Positions 20,862 through 31,541 of a stretch of DNA of 64,000 nucleotides are shown here, one piece after another (position 1 is the first letter of the stretch; every line of letters begins with the position of its first letter). The stretch comes from Cenarchaeum sp. (GTDB taxonomy: Archaea > Thermoproteota > Nitrososphaeria > Nitrososphaerales > Nitrosopumilaceae). The position numbers and the translations under genes were made by a program. The notes beneath the pieces were generated by a model. That model was not told the DNA's origin, did no database searches, and saw only the letters and a list, made by a program, of their open reading frames with translations. The stretch is from positions 1,216,001 to 1,280,000 of the forward strand of contig OZ242221.1 of NCBI GenBank assembly GCA_965206845.1. The letters are read 5' to 3'.

Positions 20862-21869
20862 TCAAGGTACCGATAGATCCGTTGCCATGCGCCCGCTGCG
20901 GGAGCGATGCCATGTCGTGACGATGACCAGAAGCGAGAACGCCCCGGTTGCCAGGAACAGTATCTCCAGCGAGCCCATCAGGGGGTGGGCAAACGCCTGC
21001 TCCACTGACAGCTCCGCTGCGTGTGCAACAAAGTATGCGTATGTGAAGATAAAGTAGTTGGTGGCCCAGTGAATCAGAATCGCCGGCAGCAGGCCGTACC
21101 TCAGGTACACCCAGCCGATGATCATGCCGCTGGCAGCCGCCTGCGCGAACTTTCCCGTTGTCCAGGGCTCCCCCAGGAGTATGTGGGCGAGGCCAAAGAG
21201 TACGCTTGTGCCCACAACAAGCCATATTGCCCGTTTGTAGTCGTCGGGATGCAGGTTTGTGCCGGGTCTCCACAGCGACCTGAGGAAGTGCACAGCCGAC
21301 ATCCTGTGCGAGTATGCCAGGTATAGCGGAAGCCCAACGAGCAGCACCCGGAACCCCAGCTCCTCCAGAATGGGCGAGCTGGTCACGTTGACAAACTGCA
21401 GCAGGTCGTCTCCTGTCTCCGGTGGCTCGGTGGCGATGCCAAACCCGTCCTGGACAAACGTGATTGCCACGGAGACGACAACTACGATCGAGAACCACTT
21501 GATTACCGAGGCCGCATAGCTGCCGCCTGATGACATCCTTCCTTCCATTACTGCAGGAAGGATGAACTTGATCAGGCTCTTTTTTGGCCCCAGCATCGAT
21601 ACGGCAAGCAGGATAACATATACTGACCACATCACGATGAATAGGTCGCCCAGCTCCAGTCCCGACGGGGAGCCAAATCCCGCCTCTGCTAGGAGCAGAT
21701 CCAGGCCGCGGAATGGAAACTCGGAGCTGAGCCCGTCTCCCACATCCAGGTGAAACACTATGTACGGACCCAGTGGCAGGGAGATCAGCATCAGTATGAA
21801 CACTAGGGAGACTAGCGCCGCGTAGAGGATTCCGACTACGTGAAGTGCCCTGTCGTATCTGGAGTCCAA
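20862..21869 (-). CDS. CPBP/CAAX intramembrane metalloprotease
   Basis: EELGFR, FGLAH and IHWATN motifs; multiple TM helices. Confidence 0.88.
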   Translation of the reverse strand: MDSRYDRALHVVGILYAALVSLVFILMLISLPLGPYIVFHLDVGDGLSSEFPFRGLDLLLAEAGFGSPSGLELGDLFIVMWSVYVILLAVSMLGPKKSLIKFILPAVMEGRMSSGGSYAASVIKWFSIVVVVSVAITFVQDGFGIATEPPETGDDLLQFVNVTSSPILEELGFRVLLVGLPLYLAYSHRMSAVHFLRSLWRPGTNLHPDDYKRAIWLVVGTSVLFGLAHILLGEPWTTGKFAQAAASGMIIGWVYLRYGLLPAILIHWATNYFIFTYAYFVAHAAELSVEQAFAHPLMGSLEILFLATGAFSLLVIVTTWHRSRSGRMATDLSVP

Positions 21870-21870
21870 T

Positions 21871-22206
21871 CTAGTGGAGCTCTATGGACGACTCTGAGAA
21901 GCCCAGATTTATCAGCGTCTCGCTGATGGTGTCCCGGTGATCTCCCTGCAAAAAGATGTAGCCATCCTTGGCGGTTCCGCCGCAGGCATACTTGTTCTTC
22001 AGCTCCTTGGCGACACCTTCAAGGTTGTTGAGTTTGGGATCCAAACCCTCGATCATGGTGCCCTTCTTTCTAAAGCGACGGGTCTCCAAGCGGATTATGA
22101 TCTTTGTACTATCCTTAGCAAGATCCTCGCAGGCGCACAGATCTTCTGGAAGGCCACAGGTGTTACAGATAACTGCCATTCGTTCTGATTCATCTTCATG
22201 GGACAT
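21871..22206 (-). CDS. sui1: Translation initiation factor SUI1 (aIF1)
   Basis: CNTCGLPEDLCAC, ELKNKYACGGT, LQGDHR motifs. Confidence 0.95.
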   Translation of the reverse strand: MSHEDESERMAVICNTCGLPEDLCACEDLAKDSTKIIIRLETRRFRKKGTMIEGLDPKLNNLEGVAKELKNKYACGGTAKDGYIFLQGDHRDTISETLINLGFSESSIELH

Positions 22207-22380
22207 ACTATTAAGCCTTGTCTGGCGTGCGGCCCTGGTTCGTGGCTGGATTACATCCGGGGTTTTGCGCCTGGTTCGGCGCGACTGGCAGTATCATACC
22301 GTGTGGGAATCACGTGCCTGGGATCGCGCCGCCACGACTGCGCGGGTTGGTTTTTTACGAAGGTGCGCACACGGCAACAC

Positions 22381-22728
22381 ATGGCACACGGGCTAGAGAA
22401 ACGGGCAGCCGAGATGCTCCTGAACGGGGCCACGCTGCTTGCTGAACCGTGTCCCTACTGTAGCGGCGTGAGGGTGATGAAGAGCGGGAGCGCCCTGTGT
22501 ACCAGCTGCGGCGCCGAGCCGGTACGGGAGGCGCGTGCTGAACCACGCCCTATCGACGCGCTGCAGTCAAAGCTGCAGGCACTGACTGGGGAGCTGGCGA
22601 CCGAGGAAGATCACCAAAGGCAGCAGGAGATTCTAAGATCCATCCGATCCCTCATAGATACCATGGAGCGGCTCAAGGGCAAATCCTCGGGCCCCGATCC
22701 ACCAAACCACGGCAGCCACACCGGGTGA
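22381..22728 (+). CDS. Autoantigen-p27/UPF0148 zinc-finger protein
   Basis: LLNGATLLAEPCPYC...CTSCG motif. Confidence 0.85.
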   Translation: MAHGLEKRAAEMLLNGATLLAEPCPYCSGVRVMKSGSALCTSCGAEPVREARAEPRPIDALQSKLQALTGELATEEDHQRQQEILRSIRSLIDTMERLKGKSSGPDPPNHGSHTG

Positions 22729-23542
22729 CACACCCAACCCACCACCGCAGGATCTGGGCGCAGGACAGGCGGGGTTTTGTGCACGATCGATTGTGTCCTG
22801 TCTTGTCATGGATCGCATCTCGTGCCGTACCGGCATGCAGTCTGTTCCAGTGCCTGCCCCACGGCACCGCGTCATGTCGGCCCGCTGCCGACCGCAAGCC
22901 AGGCAGCATTCAGTCCGAACCGGATCGCAGCCAACTAGGAAGGCCGTCTTGCCTCGGGTGCCGTAGCCGAACAATTCTTGGGAAGCCGGCGGGCCCATGC
23001 CTTATGGCCTCGCAGGTATGCGGAATCCCTCTGTTCGTGGGGGATCTTCACGCGCTAGTCCACCGCGGCTATCTGGGTATTCTTCTTGCGCGGATCGACT
23101 CCCGCATAGATCATGCCCCACCTTCTGCGATAGATGGCGATTTTGTTTGTAGCCCTCTTCTGCCTTGTCTCCACTGCTTGCCTTCCCGGCGGCCGGCCCC
23201 GGGAGCGGCTGTCCAATGACTGCTATCTTCTGAATGCACTGATCGACGCACGCAAGATTACGGCATGCGGCAGCGCTCTGCCCGTAGGCGCATGCGTTGC
23301 CCCGGATACTTTTCACAACAGGCGTACGGCAGAAGACATGCGCGTATTGTCCGTAGGGGCACGACCTGCAGCCTAGACGACCGGCTGCCGACTTGCGCCG
23401 GATTGTCAAGAGAATCATAATTCTGCATGCCCATCAGTACACGGGCCGAGAATTGCATGCGGTAATGAGAATTTCGGCCGGCTCCCAATAACGTAAGGGC
23501 CTATCCCAAAAGAATTGATAAAAAATAGCTACAAATGCATTG

Positions 23543-23817
23543 CTACTCGTCTACAGGCGTGAGAGCGACAGTCCTGCCTACTATTGCGCCGTCTTCGTCG
23601 GTCTCATCGGTTGACGCAAGGATGGTTGGAAACTCACTCCCATCCTTTCTTCGTACCCATATCTTGGACTTGCTGTGGTATCCGGCTCTCCAATTCTCCA
23701 TGTTTGCATGCAGGTTACCTTTGCTTCTGAACGCTGTGTGCTCATAGAGGCTGATTCCGATGACTTCGTCTTTTCTATAACCCAGATTATCCAGATATGA
23801 CTGGCTACAGTCTATTA
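23543..23817 (-). pseudogene. C-terminal fragment of a PAS-domain gene, truncated by the ISH3-like element
   Basis: CSQSYLDNLGYRKDEVIGISLYEHTA... is near-identical to the second PAS of 58361..59065; homology stops at the IS terminal repeat. Confidence 0.85.
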
Positions 23818-23913
23818 CAGTAGTTGGAAATGTACCCAAAATCCACTGCATCGTGGCTAAATTATTTTAGCCAAGGCACACGTTTTCACAAAACGTGAGG
23901 TAAAAAGCAAAGC

Positions 23914-25269
23914 ATGCCACCCGTCATTATGACCTCGCCAAAGGACGACGGGCAAGCACACCAGATATCCGTTACAAGGCCGGTATTTGAATACCTTGGT
24001 AAGCTTTTGCGAACCACAATATCATTCCCGTTATCCACCAGGCACAATGCCATGTATGGATTCGATGATATGTACCGTGTCCTGACAATGATGTGCACGA
24101 ACAAGGCATCCGGCAGCTCCGAGGCAGGAGCGCTGTCTGACCTGCAGGACAGCGGGAAGACACCATCCTCACGGTGGGTGCTGGGCAAGATCCGCGCGAT
24201 CGATGCCAGGGAGATCCGCGAGCGGTGCGATCACGCGATCAAGCGGGAGGTATTGGACATGAAGAAGGCAGGCATGTTCAGGAATCCTGTTGTTGTGGCG
24301 ATAGACGAGCACCTGGTGGGCTGGTACGGCAAGGGTTCGGGCTCGCAATACATAACCCGCTCCAAGTCGAAAAACGGGACGAGCAGGTTTTACAGCTTGT
24401 CCACGGTGCACTGCGTGGCCGGCGGATCCAGGGCCGCGCTTGGGGCCCGGCTCGTCAAGAAAACGGATAATGACGGCGATGTCGTGAGTAAATTGCTCGA
24501 AAAATGCTCGGAATTGAGGATAAGGTCCAGCAGGGTTCTGCTGGATCGCGGATTCTTCTCGGTTGACGTGATCCAGACCCTGAATCACTACGGAAAGGCG
24601 TTCATAATGCCCGCCATCAAGGGACCGGGAATCAGGAAGGCCATAATGGAGCATGTGAAAGAGAAACGCCCGGCCGTTTCAAAGTACACCATGACATCAA
24701 GGGAAGGATACATCGCGACATTCACGCTGGTAATACTGGAAAAGACGCCAGAGCCCGACGAAGTCAAGAAGGAGACGGACCGGTACATTGTATTTGCAAC
24801 CAACGTGCGGGCTAGGAGCAAGCAGGATCTCATCTCCAAGATTCCCGACGAGTACAAAAAAAGATGGGGAATCGAGACCGGATATGCCTGCATGGAAAGG
24901 GCAAGGCCGCGAACCTCCAGCAGGAACGACTCGATCAGGATACTCCTGAGACATGATCCGCAATTAAGAATCGGGTCTTCGATGCCCATAATCTTACAGA
25001 TGTGCGCTCCAAAGCATGCAACTTTCGTATGATTATGCCAAAGATCGTGCTCTAATGTGCCTGCGTGCTAATTACGAATCACATCTCTGATGTACCTTCC
25101 GCTGGTGATTTACAACGCGTGGATCATGGAAAACTACGCGGCTGGCGCATGCGCCGGTGGGGGCAGGCCCGTCATCACACTCAGGCGCCTCATGTCCCGC
25201 TTTATCCTGATCATAGCGGTGTCAGTACTTTCCTCGCGGTATTCTCACTACCTGGAATTTGTCGGGTAG
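23914..25269 (+). pseudogene. DDE transposase (ISH3-like), MITE-disrupted
   Basis: AIDEH, LLDRGF, YKKRWGIETGY motifs; removing the MITE and one CTG restores ...RILLMYLPLVIYNAW... to a stop at 25269. Confidence 0.9.
24949..25086 (+). mobile_element. 138-bp MITE, copy 2 (inside transposase)
   Basis: Same TIRs; CTG duplication. Confidence 0.93.
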
Positions 25270-25423
25270 TACATTTCCAACTACTGGATCCTTCATACTC
25301 TTCGGAATCGTGTTCAAGATGGGGCCGAGCATGCGCTGTTGAGTCAAGTCGCATTGTCGTTGATCGCGTTTCCTTGACGTCGCTAGGCGAGGCCGCGCTC
25401 AACGGTTCAATACGCCTTGTGGT

Positions 25424-26486
25424 TCTATTGTACAGAAATTATGCCGCGCGCCAAGAGTCCGGTGTACTGTCCAAGAATATTTTACGCTGCACAAGTCCAG
25501 GCACCCCACGCCAATGCGCCTGACCGATAAGGCCATCCGATGCGCCATCAGCCAGCTGGAGAAGGGCAAAGGCACCAAGGCGGTCGCAGAAGAGATCAAC
25601 GTCACCCAGAGGCATGTGCAACGGCTGTGGGCCGAATTCAACAGGACCGGTTCGATCCATGTCCAGCAGCCTGCAGGACTGCCAGCAGATCTCCCACCGT
25701 CCTACGAGGAAATCAATATGGCATTAGACGTTCACGGGCGCAAGCCGAAAGGTGTGCTACGGACAGCCAAGGGGCTTCGGGAGGAGGGACACGATATAAT
25801 CTACTCTCGCGTATACCAGATAATGAAGCCCAACGGCTTAGTCATCGGCTTCCCGGCAAAGTCGAGGAAGCGCAAGCGGGTCAGGTACGAGCGCCTGTAC
25901 TCGAATGCCATGTGGCATACTGACTGGCATGTGATGAAGAACCAGCGCATGAAGGATCTGAACCTGATCACGTATCTTGATGATGCCTCCAGGTGCGTTA
26001 CGGGCGCGGCGTTGTTCAAGGAGGCCACCTCAGAGAACACGGTGGCGGTGCTCCGGCAGGCCGTCGGCAGGTTCGGCGTGCCGGCGACCATCCTGTCTGA
26101 CAACGGCTCGTGCTTCGTCGGCAGGGGCGGCCACAAGAAGCAGACAGGCACCTGGACTCCGACCCTCTGAGAACGAGCTGCTGAACCGCAACATGGGGCT
26201 GATCGATTCAAGACCATATCGCCCGCAGACCAACGGAAAACTGGAGAGGTTCCACAGGAGCATCGAGGAGGAAATATGGCACTACGATGGTCTGGACGAC
26301 TATGTCGAGTACTACACCGACAGGCTACACTTTTCACTGGACACCGACAACTACGAGACGCCGCTGATGGCACTCCGCAACAAGGGGGCGATCGACTAGA
26401 TAAGACAGCAAAATTCCAGATGGATGGAAGCAGATATCGATGACCAACGGCCCAGACAGAGGGCTACATGATTTTCATATACTACA
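25424..26486 (+). mobile_element. IS481-family element with 15-bp target duplication
   Basis: aatacgccttgtggt repeated directly at 25409-25423 and 26487-26501; imperfect 20-bp TIR; right end finishes in ACA. Confidence 0.85.
25514..26399 (+). pseudogene. IS481 integrase-like transposase, frameshifted
   Basis: HTH, WHTDW, LSDNGSCF, PQTNGKLERFH; frameshift near 26168. Confidence 0.88.
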
Positions 26487-26560
26487 AATACGCCTTGTGG
26501 TCTGAAGACGAAAACATGACGATATGTCCCTGTGGGACATGGCCGACAGCACCGCGCCAA

Positions 26561-26568
26561 TTTATAAA
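26561..26568 (+). promoter_or_regulatory. TATA box of the FAD oxidase gene
   Basis: tttataaa ending 23 bp upstream of the GTG start. Confidence 0.5.
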
Positions 26569-26590
26569 TTTGAACTAGTGTCTTCTGTCC

Positions 26591-28042
26591 GTGGGAGCAA
26601 GCAGGCTCGGGGAGGAGCTGACCGGATTAATCTCAGGCAGCGTGCAGTGGAGCAGGGAGGTGGTCGACGGCTATTCGGTCGACTCTAGCTCGTACAGAAT
26701 CAGGCCCAAGGTGGTCGTCTTTCCAAAAGACAGGCAGGACATAATCAGGACGGTAAAATTTGCCGCCAGAAACAGGATTAGCATCACACCACGTGGCGGC
26801 GGAACCGGATTGGTCGGAGGCGGAATTGGGAACGGAATCGTACTAAACCTCATGGGAATAAAAGGGATTGCCATTGGAAGAGACCACGTTACGGTGGGTG
26901 CTGGAACGCTAAAGGGAGAGCTGGACAGGTTTCTGACGAGGCATAAAAAATTTCTCAGTCCGAATCCTTCCGTTGGCCCGTACTGCACACTGGGCGGAAT
27001 GATTGCCACCAATGCAAGCGGCACCTTGGCAATAAAGTATGGATCCATCGTCGATAATATTTTGGAGATCGAGTTCATAGACGGTTGCGGAAACCTGCAA
27101 AAGTTTCCTGGCAGATCGCGCATGTCGTCCAAGATTTTGGACATTGTAGAGGGCATCAACCGAGAAAAATTTCCCAAGGTGATAAAAAACTCGTGTGGAT
27201 ACAGGATGGATGCGGTGTCATCAGTCAACAACGTGCATAAGATTTTGGCTGGATCGGAGGGGACACTCGGCATTATCGTCTCGGCAAGGCTGAAAGTCCA
27301 TGCGATACCGGCAGGCCGCAGCCTGTCGGTCTACGGATACGAGTCGCTCTATGACGCTGCAGACGACTGCAAAAAAATCAACCGGATAAATCCCGCCGCC
27401 TTGGAACTTGTCGATGGTGCGATGATGAGAAACGTTATGAGCTCCATCCCAGAATGGGTAAAGTGCCTGCTCCTAGTAGAGGCTGACAATGGCCTAGAAG
27501 GCGCAGAGACGCTAGAGGGGATCCTAAAGGGAAGGCTAATCAAAAATACTCACGATGCAGAGGAGATCAAAAAATGGTGGAGGTACAGGCACACTTCATT
27601 GTTGCTCACCCTGAGAAACATGTCAAAAGCCCAAAGCGGCCCGCACATATTCGAGGATGCAGCAGTCCCGGTGGAAAATCTGCCAAGATTGATGCTGCTG
27701 ATAAAAGAGATGGAGGATGAGTTTGGCATCCGCGCCATCCTGTATGGGCACATGGGCAGCGGAAACCCTCATATGATAATGATTCCTGGCCAGAAAGACA
27801 AGAAACTGATTAAAAGAATTGCAAAGCGGTACTTTGCCGGCGTGATTGAGATCGGCGGCACAATCACCGCAGAGCACGGCGACGGGCAGGCGCGGACGGA
27901 CTTCGTCAGACAGCAGTACGGGGACGAGATCTTTTCGAGATTTCGACGGCTAAAAAAACTGCTCGATCCTCACGGAATTCTCAATCCGGGGAAGATCATC
28001 TCGGACAAGAGCCAGATTGTTAGAAACATGGTGCTGAGCTGA
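26591..28042 (+). CDS. FAD-linked oxidase (GlcD/D-lactate dehydrogenase family)
   Basis: RGGGTGLVG, GSEGTLG, YGHMGSGNPH, AEHGDG, DPHGILNPGK motifs. Confidence 0.9.
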   Translation: MGASRLGEELTGLISGSVQWSREVVDGYSVDSSSYRIRPKVVVFPKDRQDIIRTVKFAARNRISITPRGGGTGLVGGGIGNGIVLNLMGIKGIAIGRDHVTVGAGTLKGELDRFLTRHKKFLSPNPSVGPYCTLGGMIATNASGTLAIKYGSIVDNILEIEFIDGCGNLQKFPGRSRMSSKILDIVEGINREKFPKVIKNSCGYRMDAVSSVNNVHKILAGSEGTLGIIVSARLKVHAIPAGRSLSVYGYESLYDAADDCKKINRINPAALELVDGAMMRNVMSSIPEWVKCLLLVEADNGLEGAETLEGILKGRLIKNTHDAEEIKKWWRYRHTSLLLTLRNMSKAQSGPHIFEDAAVPVENLPRLMLLIKEMEDEFGIRAILYGHMGSGNPHMIMIPGQKDKKLIKRIAKRYFAGVIEIGGTITAEHGDGQARTDFVRQQYGDEIFSRFRRLKKLLDPHGILNPGKIISDKSQIVRNMVLS

Positions 28043-28262
28043 TCCCGTGACACCGGCACGGAGGGCGCAGTGCAGGCGTAAAGGATCCGGCAGCCTGCTG
28101 CCAAAGTTGCCAGCGTTCCGGCATCAGGTCGCTTTCGGATCAGCCGGCCAGCAGCACGGTTGTGGCAGGCTCTGTTTTCCCTGAACCCCTTTCTGCGCTG
28201 TGCTTCCGTGCACTGAATCCGTGGGTACCTGCCGTATAAGGGCAAAGGCAAAGGATCTGGGC

Positions 28263-29255
28263 CTATACGGCGCACTTGGGCCTCCTGCCGGCCATTGCCA
28301 TCTTGAGGTTGAGGACCGCCAGACGCGCCATGTTCTCCCTAGTCTCCTTGGTGGAGGAACCCATGTGCGGCGTCAGCACCACATTCTCCATCTTTGCCAG
28401 CGGGCTGTCTGCTCCTAGCGGCTCGTCATAAAATACATCTAGCGCCGCGCCGGCGAGATCCCCGTTCTGGAGGGCCAGCACCAGATCCTTCTGGTTGATT
28501 ACCCTGCCTCTGGACGTATTTACGATAAATGCGCCACGTTTCATCTTCGCCAGGAGGCTTCGATTTACCATATCGTGGGTTCGCTTGGTGTGGGGAATGT
28601 GCAGTGATACGATGTCGCTCTCCGAAAAGAGCTGATTCAGGGAGACATGCTCTATCCCGGCCTGCCTCTCCTGCCGCTCCGACAGCCTGCCGTTCCCGTG
28701 GTATACCACCTTCATGCCAAACGCCTGCGCCTTTTCCGCAAAGGACAACCCAATCCTTCCTGGCCCTAGGATGCCCACAGTCTTTGTCTCCAGATCCGTA
28801 CCCAGAAAGTCGCAGGGCCCAAACACCTGATGCCATCCGCCGGATCGTATCAGCCTGTCTCCCTCGCTGACCCTCCGCATCACGTCTAGCATCAGCGCAA
28901 ACGCAAGATCCGCCGTGGCGCGGGTCAAGACATCCGGCGTGTACCCTACCAGTATGCCCCTGCTCTTTGTGCACTGCAAGTCTATGTGCTCATATCCCAC
29001 GCTGTACGTGCTGATCGCCCGGAGGTCTGCCGCTGCCTCGATCACCTCCCTGTCTATGGTATCGTAGGGCATGCAGAGGATGCCCTCCTTGTCTGCGATC
29101 TTCGCGATCAGCTCCCCTTTTGAGATGGGGAACCTTCCGGCATGCGTCTCTAGACGGAATCCGTCCTGCAGATCTTTCATGGCAAAGTCCTGCAATCTTT
29201 TGGTCAGCAGAACCCTCTGGGCTCCTACCACAGTACGGGCTCCTCCTTGAACCAC
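28263..29255 (-). CDS. D-2-hydroxyacid dehydrogenase (glyoxylate reductase-like)
   Basis: GPGRIG, VNTSRG, ALDVFYDEP, TPHMGS motifs. Confidence 0.9.
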   Translation of the reverse strand: MVQGGARTVVGAQRVLLTKRLQDFAMKDLQDGFRLETHAGRFPISKGELIAKIADKEGILCMPYDTIDREVIEAAADLRAISTYSVGYEHIDLQCTKSRGILVGYTPDVLTRATADLAFALMLDVMRRVSEGDRLIRSGGWHQVFGPCDFLGTDLETKTVGILGPGRIGLSFAEKAQAFGMKVVYHGNGRLSERQERQAGIEHVSLNQLFSESDIVSLHIPHTKRTHDMVNRSLLAKMKRGAFIVNTSRGRVINQKDLVLALQNGDLAGAALDVFYDEPLGADSPLAKMENVVLTPHMGSSTKETRENMARLAVLNLKMAMAGRRPKCAV

Positions 29256-29593
29256 ATAAAGATTATGTCCAGTTTCGATCCTTACGCCTGACCCAAACGC
29301 GGACGTTTCAACCCAGTTAGCTCAGAAGTGACTAGTATCTAGGGTGGGCATTGGCTGGAGAATATGCGGCAGGCCACGCGCCAGAAGCCAAAATGTGAGC
29401 CGTCCTGTGTGATCATGTGCAATTTGGGTGTGCGGGGGCGCAGCATGCCATCGGTGATCCCCGTATGGCGCAAAAGGACGGGCCGGTGCGGAGTGTGGGA
29501 CCGGCTGCAACGCAGTGGGGAGGCAGGTGCAGCCCCGGGATTGGCGGCGCGCGACCTTCCGGCCCATTACTGCGGCAGGCGGCCCCGTAGGGA

Positions 29594-31059
29594 CTACTGC
29601 GGAAGTGGTGGGGCGGCGCTGACGCCGCGGCATGTGGCACCTGTGCAGCAGGGGCAGTGCGGATCGGGCGGCGGCTTTCCGCCGTCCATGCCCCGGGGAA
29701 GGATCTCCATCAGCATGATCACCTTCATGTCGGTCTGCGTGAATCTGGAGTAGGCGCCGCCCAGCGTGAGCGGGTTGCCTGTCAGCTCGGCGTTTGCGAG
29801 AACCCAAGCGTTGAACAGTACAAGCGAGTAGAGAAAGCAGAGCGTCCTGACGGTGACGCTCCTGCTGCGCGTCCTTAGATGTGATTCGTAATTAGCACGC
29901 AGGCATATTAGAGCACGATCTTTGGCATAATCATACGAAAGTTGCATGCTTTGGAGCACACATCTGTAAGATTATGGGCATCGAAGGCCCGATTCTTAAT
30001 TGCGGATCATGTCTCTTACCCTCTCGTTCTCCACCATCCTGAAGCCCGTCTCTATCATCCACCTCTCGGCGTACCTGTCGACGTCGATCTCTGGCCTGTT
30101 TGTGGCAAACGCGATGTACCGCTCCTCGGGCTCTTCTTCGCAGGATTCCGCCTCTTCTTCGCAGGATTCCGCCTCTTCTTGCTCTTTCTCTTGCGCTCCG
30201 TTATGATCATGGCATATTCTGCGTAATCGTTCTTGGACTTTGTTATGCGGAACCCCGATACCGGCGGGCGCTCCCCTTTGGAGAACTCCGTAATGGCATC
30301 GACCACGTTGGGGGTGTTGACGCAGGGAATGAGGTAGCCCACGCCCAGCTCCTCCAGCGTCCTGATGACGTCAGTAGAGAAGAACTCGCGGTCAAGCATG
30401 ACCGTTCCGATCCCGGCACCCGTCCTCCTGCACGCCGTGATTGCCCTGCGCACGTAGTCGGCCGTGTCCTCAAGGGCAGGCATGTGCAGCAGCGCCAGCG
30501 CCAGCTGCACGCCCGGCCTGACGCACTGCGCCACAACGTACCGCTCGAAGGTGCCCGTCCTGCCCTTGCTCTTTGAGCGCACCAGTTCGGCCCCGTGCTT
30601 GCGATCCCAGCGCCGTATCAGGTGCATGTCAATGGCAATGTCCATCCGTTTTCCGCGAAGCAGGCCAAGCGACTGCAGCCTGTCCAGGTGGGAGGATATC
30701 ATTCCTTCAAGCGACCTTGCCAGATCGCCCGGGTCAATCCCCAGGCAGATGTGGGACATCCACTCGCCGCAGGGGGCCTCGCGGTGGCGCTTGGCGAGCA
30801 TGCATGAGGCCGTCTTCCATCTCCGCACGGCTGCGGTATATCCGAAGATCGAGGCGCCGAGCGCGGCGGCCCCCATCATGATTGCATGAAAGGCGGCAGA
30901 TCCGTACCTTGCGTTGGGCTTTTTGGAGAGCGGGACGATCGGATCGAACGCGGCTTCTGCCTCGCTCGTGGCGGACGAGCGGAGCCGCCGGTCGTTTGCG
31001 ATGGAGCGCCGCATGCCTCTCGGCAGGCGCGGCTTGCCTGTCATTTGGCGCTCCTCCAA
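29594..31059 (-). pseudogene. DDE transposase (ISH3-like), frameshifted and MITE-disrupted
   Basis: AIDMH and MLDREF; after a frameshift near 30190, YIAFATN...RWMIETGF; MITE within ERVR^TRSR. Confidence 0.88.
29877..30014 (-). mobile_element. 138-bp MITE, copy 3 (inside transposase)
   Basis: Reverse-complement copy; CTT duplication on the plus strand. Confidence 0.93.
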
Positions 31060-31366
31060 CCTCCGTTCCCAGCGGGGCGCGGGATCGAGTTAGGCTTAAA
31101 TGTCGATTCTGTGAGTCTAAACCGGTGTGTGAGCCCGTTCATGGTTGTGCATTGACGGGTACTCTCACGCCGTTCATTTAACATGCAATGTTGCCTGTTT
31201 TGCAGGCGTTGGCAAATACTTCACAGCACGAGGGCGGTTGCGCATGCGTCTGTGCCGTCAGCAACGATCCGTAGTACGTCTCCACGCAGTCATGCCAGTC
31301 ACTTCTGAGCTAACTACAACCGGAACAAAGTTTTTATGTAAATACTTGATCCCTGAAACTTAAGCC

Positions 31367-31534
31367 ATGAGCAGCAAGAAGAGAGGAGCCCCTCTACCAG
31401 CATCAAGTGCGGGCCTTTTAAGATTCTTTGAGGACGAGACCAAGGGTTTCAAGATAGATCCTAAGATAGTCGTATCCATTCCAATTAGTCTGATCGTGGC
31501 ATCGTGGTTGATCGAGATTTTTCTGTCCCCGTGA
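31367..31534 (+). CDS. secG: Preprotein translocase subunit Sec61beta (55 aa, absent from ORF track)
   Basis: MSSKKRGAPLPASSAGLLRFFEDETKGFKIDPKIVV plus TM helix. Confidence 0.9.
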   Translation: MSSKKRGAPLPASSAGLLRFFEDETKGFKIDPKIVVSIPISLIVASWLIEIFLSP

Positions 31535-31541
31535 TGTGACA

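Larger units (their letters stand above)
23818..25286 (+). mobile_element. ISH3-like IS (IS4 superfamily), interrupted by a MITE
   Basis: Perfect 18-bp TIR cagtagttggaaatgtac at 23818-23835 and 25269-25286; no flanking duplication seen. Confidence 0.88.
25287..26544 (-). mobile_element. Degenerate 5' remnant of an IS5-like element, split by IS481
   Basis: Minus strand 25287-25423 encodes RKRDQRQCDLTQQRMLGPILNTI, matching the N-terminus of the 51965 transposase; degenerate TIR ggccatgtcccac ends at 26544. Confidence 0.7.
29314..31316 (-). mobile_element. ISH3-like IS, interrupted by a MITE
   Basis: 20-bp TIR cagttagctcagaagtgact (19/20); 5-bp duplication caacc at 29309-29313 and 31317-31321. 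Confidence 0.92.

Noticed and set aside
22725-23535. Possible gene or ncRNA in this gap
   Set aside because: ORFs look like GC-rich noise and no RNA family signature was recognised
24949-25086. MITE as an in-frame peptide insertion (138+3 bp is a multiple of 3)
   Set aside because: The element has stop codons in all six frames
25211-25402. ORF ending EHDSEEYEGS as the missing N-terminus of the PAS pseudogene
   Set aside because: The DNA aligns in another frame with the 5' end of the IS5-like transposase at 51965
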